A DNA stretch of 23,409 nucleotides from Gemmatimonadota bacterium (GTDB lineage: Bacteria > Gemmatimonadota > Gemmatimonadetes > Palauibacterales > Palauibacteraceae): contig JBDHAC010000063.1 of NCBI GenBank assembly GCA_039588275.1, positions 1 to 23,409 of the forward strand, in the 5' to 3' direction. A model generated the notes under the pieces. The model searched no databases. It saw only the letters and a program-made list of their open reading frames with translations, and was not told where the DNA came from. Every line of letters begins with the position of its first letter. Position 1 is the first letter of the stretch. Positions 18,833-23,409 of this stretch are shown here, piece by piece. A program made the position numbers and the translations under genes.

Positions 18833-18848
18833 GGGCACCGCTCTTGCG
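18833..18848 (+). promoter_or_regulatory. Candidate sigma54 -24/-12 promoter upstream of HD-GYP 2
   Basis: GGGCACCGCTCTTGCG equals GGCAC-N5-TTGC with exact spacing, in the intergenic gap. Confidence 0.55.
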
Positions 18849-18957
18849 CTTACCGGCTCGGCTCTGCTCGCACGAAGCGTCCGGGTCCGTGCCCTCGGTC
18901 GCCGGAATCGTCCTGCCGAGCGGGGAAACACACGCTCGCCTGGGGCGGATACAGCGT

Positions 18958-21213
18958 ATGCTGCGGATATCGACAAATCGGGGCGGCCGAACAGCGGGGG
19001 AAAGACGAGCGCGCTCGCGCGTGGCGCGTCGCATGGTTCTCCTGTTTATCGCCTGCGCCCTCGTACCGGTCTCCGCCCTCGCGCTGTTCGCCTACCGTCA
19101 GGTATCCCGACAGCTGGAGGCGCAGGGCCGGGCCAGTCTGCGCGAGGCCGGAAAGCTCGCGGGGATGCCCCTGCTGGAACGGCTGGACTTCCTGAACGAC
19201 AAGCTCCGGGCGATGTCACCGGCATCCACTGGCGATCCGATGAGAACGTTTGCTGTGGAACCCGAGCCCGCCGACTCGCCCGACACTTCGCGAGAACACT
19301 TCCTCTCGGTCGTTCTCCGGGTGCAGGGCGAAAGGGTTTCGACCCTCGCCGGCGACGATCATGTCCTCGATCCGAGCGCGACCTTGACGGTCGTGGCCGA
19401 TGCCCACTTGGCGACCGGGCGCTCGCTGCTGCATGTCCTCCGGGACGGCACCGGCCCCAGGGTCTTCCTGATCCAACGACTCGATCCCACGGATCCCGCG
19501 CGCGGCGAGCTGTGGGCAGAGCTCGAGCCGGAGTACCTGTTCACTGGAGGGTTGGGAAAGGACGGCGTCCCCACGGGCATGGAGCTCTGCCTTCTCGACG
19601 GTGAGGCACACCCGCTCTACTGCCCGAATCCGCCCGGCAGGAAGCAGCTGGACGCGCTGGCCGAGGCGATCGCCTCCCGCTCCGTCGATGCGGTCGGGTG
19701 GGAGGGGGTCAAGGGCGAGTACCTGGCCGGGTTCTGGACCGCGTTCCTCGGCTACTCCTACGGATCGGATGACTGGACGGTGATGTTGAGCGAGCCGCGG
19801 AGCCTCGCGCTCGCACCCGTGGCCGAATTCCGTCAGGTCTTCCTGCTCATCGCGATTCTCGTCGTCGTACTGGCCTTCCTGTTCAGCAATATCCAGATCC
19901 GGCACAACCTGGAACCGCTCGATAGGCTCAAGGCGGGCACCGAGCGAATCGCTCGTCGGGACTTCGGAACACCCGTCGAGGTTCGTAGCGGCGACGAGTT
20001 CGAGATCCTCGCGGGAGCGATCAACGCGATGGGGCGAAGCCTGGCCTCTCAGTTCGCCGCCATGGCCGCCCTGGGCGAGATCGATCGCGCCGTCCTGTCG
20101 GCCCTCCGCACCGAAGCGGTCATCGAGATCGTGCTGGCGCGCGCGAGCGATGTCACGGCGTGCGACGCCGTCGCGGTCGGCATCATCGGGGATGAGAGCG
20201 AGCTCTGCCTGTCGGGATCGGGCACCCATCAGCTGACGTCGGCCGTCGTCGTGCACCGCCCGGATGACACCGAGCTGTCGCCGCTTCGACGAGGAGACGT
20301 GCTTCGCTTCGGACCGGACCTCGAGTGCCCTGCGTATCTGAGCCGCGCGCTGGCGATCGAGGGTCCTCACGCACAGGTGCTGGTATTCCCACTGCGGACT
20401 AGCGAAGCCCTGCTGGGGCTCCTCGCTCTCGGGTACCTTGGCGAAGCGCCCGAAGACGACGATGCGCTGAACCGCGACCGCAAGCTCGCGGATCAGATCA
20501 CGGTGGCGCTGGAAAACGCGGCGCTGGTCGAGCGTCTGGATCGACTGACCGTCGGGACGCTCGACGCGTTAGCTCGCACCGTCGACTCCAAGTCTCCGTG
20601 GACGGCGGGTCATTCGAAACGCGTGGCAGAACTGGCCGTCCGGCTCGGACAGGTCGTCGAACTGCCCGAGCCCCACCTCGAGGTGCTCTACCGAGGCGCT
20701 CTGCTCCACGACATCGGTAAGATCGGCGTTCCGGCCGCCATACTGAACAAACCGGCGCGGCTCACCGACGACGAGATGGAGAGGATCCGCGAGCATCCGG
20801 AGATCGGTTTCCGCATTCTCTCCCCGATCGAGAGCCTCGCGGACATCCTCCCGATCGTCCGAAACCATCACGAGCGATACGCCGGCGGCGGATACCCGGA
20901 TGGCACACCCGCGCGCGAGCTGTCGGACCTGGTACGGCTCGTCACCGTCGTGGATACGTACGACACACTCGTGAACGACCGACCCTACAGAGACGGCCTG
21001 GAGCCCGAGGGTGCACTCCAACTGCTCGTAGAGGGGAGCGGGTCGCAGTTCGATCCGGAGTTCGTGGCCGCGCTCGTGACCCTCGTCCGAGATCACGGCG
21101 ATGGGCAGGGTGCGTGCGCCGCCGGAGCGAGTCCGGAGACGGCGAGCGCGCAGGCTGAAGTCGCCGAAGGCACGTCGGTTGAGACGTCGCCCCTGAAGGA
21201 TGCCGTCGCCTGA
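18958..21213 (+). CDS. Membrane HD-GYP phosphodiesterase 2 (paralog; TM - sensor - TM - HAMP - GAF - HD-GYP)
   Basis: Same architecture as 12860-14986 (RSRVARRMVLLFIACALVP, EPLDRLKAGT, SGDEF, IDRAVL), with GHSKRV, LHDIGK, HHERYAGGGYP, DTYD, RPYR. Start placed at ATG 18958 by alignment to the paralog. Confidence 0.92.
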   Translation: MLRISTNRGGRTAGERRARSRVARRMVLLFIACALVPVSALALFAYRQVSRQLEAQGRASLREAGKLAGMPLLERLDFLNDKLRAMSPASTGDPMRTFAVEPEPADSPDTSREHFLSVVLRVQGERVSTLAGDDHVLDPSATLTVVADAHLATGRSLLHVLRDGTGPRVFLIQRLDPTDPARGELWAELEPEYLFTGGLGKDGVPTGMELCLLDGEAHPLYCPNPPGRKQLDALAEAIASRSVDAVGWEGVKGEYLAGFWTAFLGYSYGSDDWTVMLSEPRSLALAPVAEFRQVFLLIAILVVVLAFLFSNIQIRHNLEPLDRLKAGTERIARRDFGTPVEVRSGDEFEILAGAINAMGRSLASQFAAMAALGEIDRAVLSALRTEAVIEIVLARASDVTACDAVAVGIIGDESELCLSGSGTHQLTSAVVVHRPDDTELSPLRRGDVLRFGPDLECPAYLSRALAIEGPHAQVLVFPLRTSEALLGLLALGYLGEAPEDDDALNRDRKLADQITVALENAALVERLDRLTVGTLDALARTVDSKSPWTAGHSKRVAELAVRLGQVVELPEPHLEVLYRGALLHDIGKIGVPAAILNKPARLTDDEMERIREHPEIGFRILSPIESLADILPIVRNHHERYAGGGYPDGTPARELSDLVRLVTVVDTYDTLVNDRPYRDGLEPEGALQLLVEGSGSQFDPEFVAALVTLVRDHGDGQGACAAGASPETASAQAEVAEGTSVETSPLKDAVA

Positions 21214-21409
21214 TCAGCCCTCATCGGGTTTCGTCCCTCCATAACCTCCCCTACGCCGAAACCTCACCGCCCGACCCCTCGTCATGATGCCAGCCGCGAG
21301 CCTCGGCCCCGGTGGCGACACGAGAGAGAGTGCATTGGCGGATGAACGCTGCCTCTGGGTGCGAGGTCCGCTCGCGGCGATCTACCGAGATTCCTTATGG
21401 GAGACGTCT

Positions 21410-23134
21410 ATGAAGCCGAGCGCGTTGAAACAGATCGCCCACCTTGGACGCGCGGCGTTGATCGCCGCCCTCGTCTTGGCCGGGATTCCCGTCAGCGCTC
21501 TCGGTCAAACCCTGAACGCTGAGGCTTACCTGGAGGTGAAGGAGCGAGCCGAGGCCGCCTATCGCGAAGGCCGCTACGGTGAGGCGGCCGAGGCGTTCCG
21601 TACGCTCCTCGATCACAACCCGGGCGATGGAGACCTGTGGATTCGGCTCGGACGTGCACACGAGCGCGCTGAAGAACGGCAGCAAGCGATCGAGGCTTTC
21701 CAACGCGCACGGGCCCTCGGCTACGCGACGGGCTACACGATCGATGTCTGGATCGCCGCATTGTACGCGGATATGGATGACCAGGAGGGCGCCTACGAGT
21801 GGTTGGAGCGCGCGCTCGCCGACGGGCTCGAGGGCCGCAATCGGATCAGCCAGCACCGCGCCTTCAAGCGCTACGAGGACGACGACCGGTACCGTCGCCT
21901 CGCGGGTCTTCTGCCGCAGCGCGAGTTCACGCGGGACGAGGGATGGCGGTACGACCTCGATTACCTCGTCGAGGAGATCCGCCGCCTGCACGCCGCCTTC
22001 GAGCGTCCCGCGTTCTCACCCGAGTTCGAAACGGCGATGGCCGACATCCATGAGCGCATCCCGCGCTTGACCGATGATCAGATCGCGAACGAGCTCAAGC
22101 GGCTGGTTGTGAGGCTGGGGGATGGCCACAGCGCCATCTGGTCCGTGCCAACGGACGATGTGAGCTTCGCGGGGCTGCCGATCGACGTGTATCTGTTCAG
22201 CGATGGACCTTTCATCGTCGGAGCCGGGGGCGCGGACGCCCAGGAGCTGATCGGGAGTCGCCTGCTTCAGGTCGGCGGCCGCCCAGTCGAGGAGCTGATC
22301 CCCGGCGTCGAGCCCTACCTCGCGGTCGACAACCCGATGGGCGTGCGCTCGGGGACGGCCGCTCTGATCACGCGGCTCGATCTGCTCGAGGCGTTGGGGG
22401 CGACGCGCGAGGGGGATGCCATGTCCGTGACCGTGGCCGGCCCCACCGATGGTACCCGGACCGCGACGCTCACAGCCGGACCGCCACGTCGTACGTGGCG
22501 CTTGATGGGACCGCCGGCCGACGCTTCTGCCCCCACACCGCTCTACCTCAGCAACCCGACCAAGAACATCTGGCTGGAGGAGCTCCCCGACCACCAGGCG
22601 CTTTACGTCCAGTACAACTCGGTCTCGAACGAGCGCGGGAACACGGTCGCCGACTTCGCCGACACTTTGCTCGCGGCGGCTGAGCGCACCGGGTCGTCCA
22701 CCGTGATTGTCGACGTCCGCCGCAACGGCGGCGGCAACAACTTCCTCAACTGGCCGCTGGTTCGGGCACTGATCCGGTTCGAGCACGAGGAGCCGGACCG
22801 CCGGATCTTCGTGCTCGCCGGGCGCCATACGTTCTCGGCGGCGCAGAACTTCGTGAACTGGGTCGAGCGGCTGACCGACGCCGTCTTCGTGGGCGAGCCG
22901 ACGGGCTCGCGCCCCAACTTCACCGGGGAGACCACCCCGGTGACGCTTCCGTACAGCGGTCTCCAGGGGAGCATCTCGTCGCGCTACTGGCAGGATTCGC
23001 ACGCGAACGACGACCGCATATGGATCGCGCCCGACATCCCGGTCGGGCTCTCGTCGGAGGACTACTTCTCCAACCGAGATCCCGTCCTCGAGGCGGTCCT
23101 GCGCTTGATAGAAAGCGGGCGAACCATCTCCTGA
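21410..23134 (+). CDS. Secreted TPR-domain + S41 (tail-specific protease)-like peptidase
   Basis: GGGAG precedes ATG 21410. Signal peptide, then TPR-like helices (Y.EAAEAF...NP.D...W..LG.A). LGDGH, degenerate PDZ-like segment, VDVRRNGGG, TFSAA (candidate catalytic Ser) and VGEPTG. Confidence 0.85.
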   Translation: MKPSALKQIAHLGRAALIAALVLAGIPVSALGQTLNAEAYLEVKERAEAAYREGRYGEAAEAFRTLLDHNPGDGDLWIRLGRAHERAEERQQAIEAFQRARALGYATGYTIDVWIAALYADMDDQEGAYEWLERALADGLEGRNRISQHRAFKRYEDDDRYRRLAGLLPQREFTRDEGWRYDLDYLVEEIRRLHAAFERPAFSPEFETAMADIHERIPRLTDDQIANELKRLVVRLGDGHSAIWSVPTDDVSFAGLPIDVYLFSDGPFIVGAGGADAQELIGSRLLQVGGRPVEELIPGVEPYLAVDNPMGVRSGTAALITRLDLLEALGATREGDAMSVTVAGPTDGTRTATLTAGPPRRTWRLMGPPADASAPTPLYLSNPTKNIWLEELPDHQALYVQYNSVSNERGNTVADFADTLLAAAERTGSSTVIVDVRRNGGGNNFLNWPLVRALIRFEHEEPDRRIFVLAGRHTFSAAQNFVNWVERLTDAVFVGEPTGSRPNFTGETTPVTLPYSGLQGSISSRYWQDSHANDDRIWIAPDIPVGLSSEDYFSNRDPVLEAVLRLIESGRTIS

Positions 23135-23193
23135 TCGGACTTTGATGCTGCCTGGCGGAATCCGTCTTGTCGCCCCGACCTCGACCTACGGGG

Positions 23194-23409
23194 TCACAGA
23201 GTGGCCTCGGCGCCCCGGAGCCGGTTGTGCCGCGCGAGCGCGGTCGCGGGACGACCCTGAAGCCGTGGCGGCGGCGGTCTGCCCCGCCCCGCCATGTGGA
23301 CGGATCCCCGCGGATCGCGAAACGCCGGGTGTGCTGTCCCCCACCATTCGATGCGCCAGCCTTCCTCGTGCACGAGCCGGTGATGGTAGCGGCACAGGAG
23401 CAGCGTGTT
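23194..23409 (-). CDS. 3' end of an HNH endonuclease-signature protein (DUF222/REP13E12-like), 5' part outside window
   Basis: My translation of the minus strand from 23409 gives NTLLLCRYHHRLVHEEGWRIEWWG...RGAEATL*. This matches the N-x-x-L-L-C-x-x-H-H-x-x-V-H-E-x-G-W end of HNH domains. Confidence 0.8.
   Translation of the reverse strand, partial: NTLLLCRYHHRLVHEEGWRIEWWGTAHPAFRDPRGSVHMAGRGRPPPPRLQGRPATALARHNRLRGAEATL

Noticed and set aside
21092..21252. Short minus-strand ORF behind a GGGGAGGT SD-like sequence, antisense to the HD-GYP2 end
   Set aside because: The SD-ATG spacing is too short, and the peptide is low-complexity shadow sequence.
23186..23395. 69-aa minus-strand ORF from the track
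   Set aside because: Wrong frame. The HNH-motif frame ending at 23194 is the credible one.

Overview
GC-rich bacterial window. The gene repertoire resembles Gemmatimonadota, but that is an inference. The left part holds ordinary exported enzymes: the 3' part of a penicillin acylase family gene, a VPS10/BNR (Asp-box) beta-propeller gene broken by an apparent internal deletion and frameshift at ~3670, a 6x14-bp tandem repeat, and a Tat-exported small subunit plus GMC flavoprotein pair. The middle holds a TM-PAS-GGDEF-EAL protein, a membrane-anchored sulfotransferase, a DUF4097-like lipoprotein, a DoxX-like membrane protein with an EF-hand, and a tRNA-Arg with the uncommon UCG anticodon. The most striking part is 12.3-21.2 kb. 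A GspG-like pseudopilin gene sits 12 bp upstream of a TM-sensor-TM-HAMP-GAF-HD-GYP phosphodiesterase gene. A FimT/PilV/PilW/PilX-like minor-pilin cluster follows, then a second paralogous HD-GYP receptor. No pilus or secretion machinery is in the window. All three c-di-GMP-enzyme transcription units have sigma54-like -24/-12 elements upstream. The window ends with a TPR + S41-like peptidase and the 3' end of an HNH endonuclease gene that the ORF track missed.
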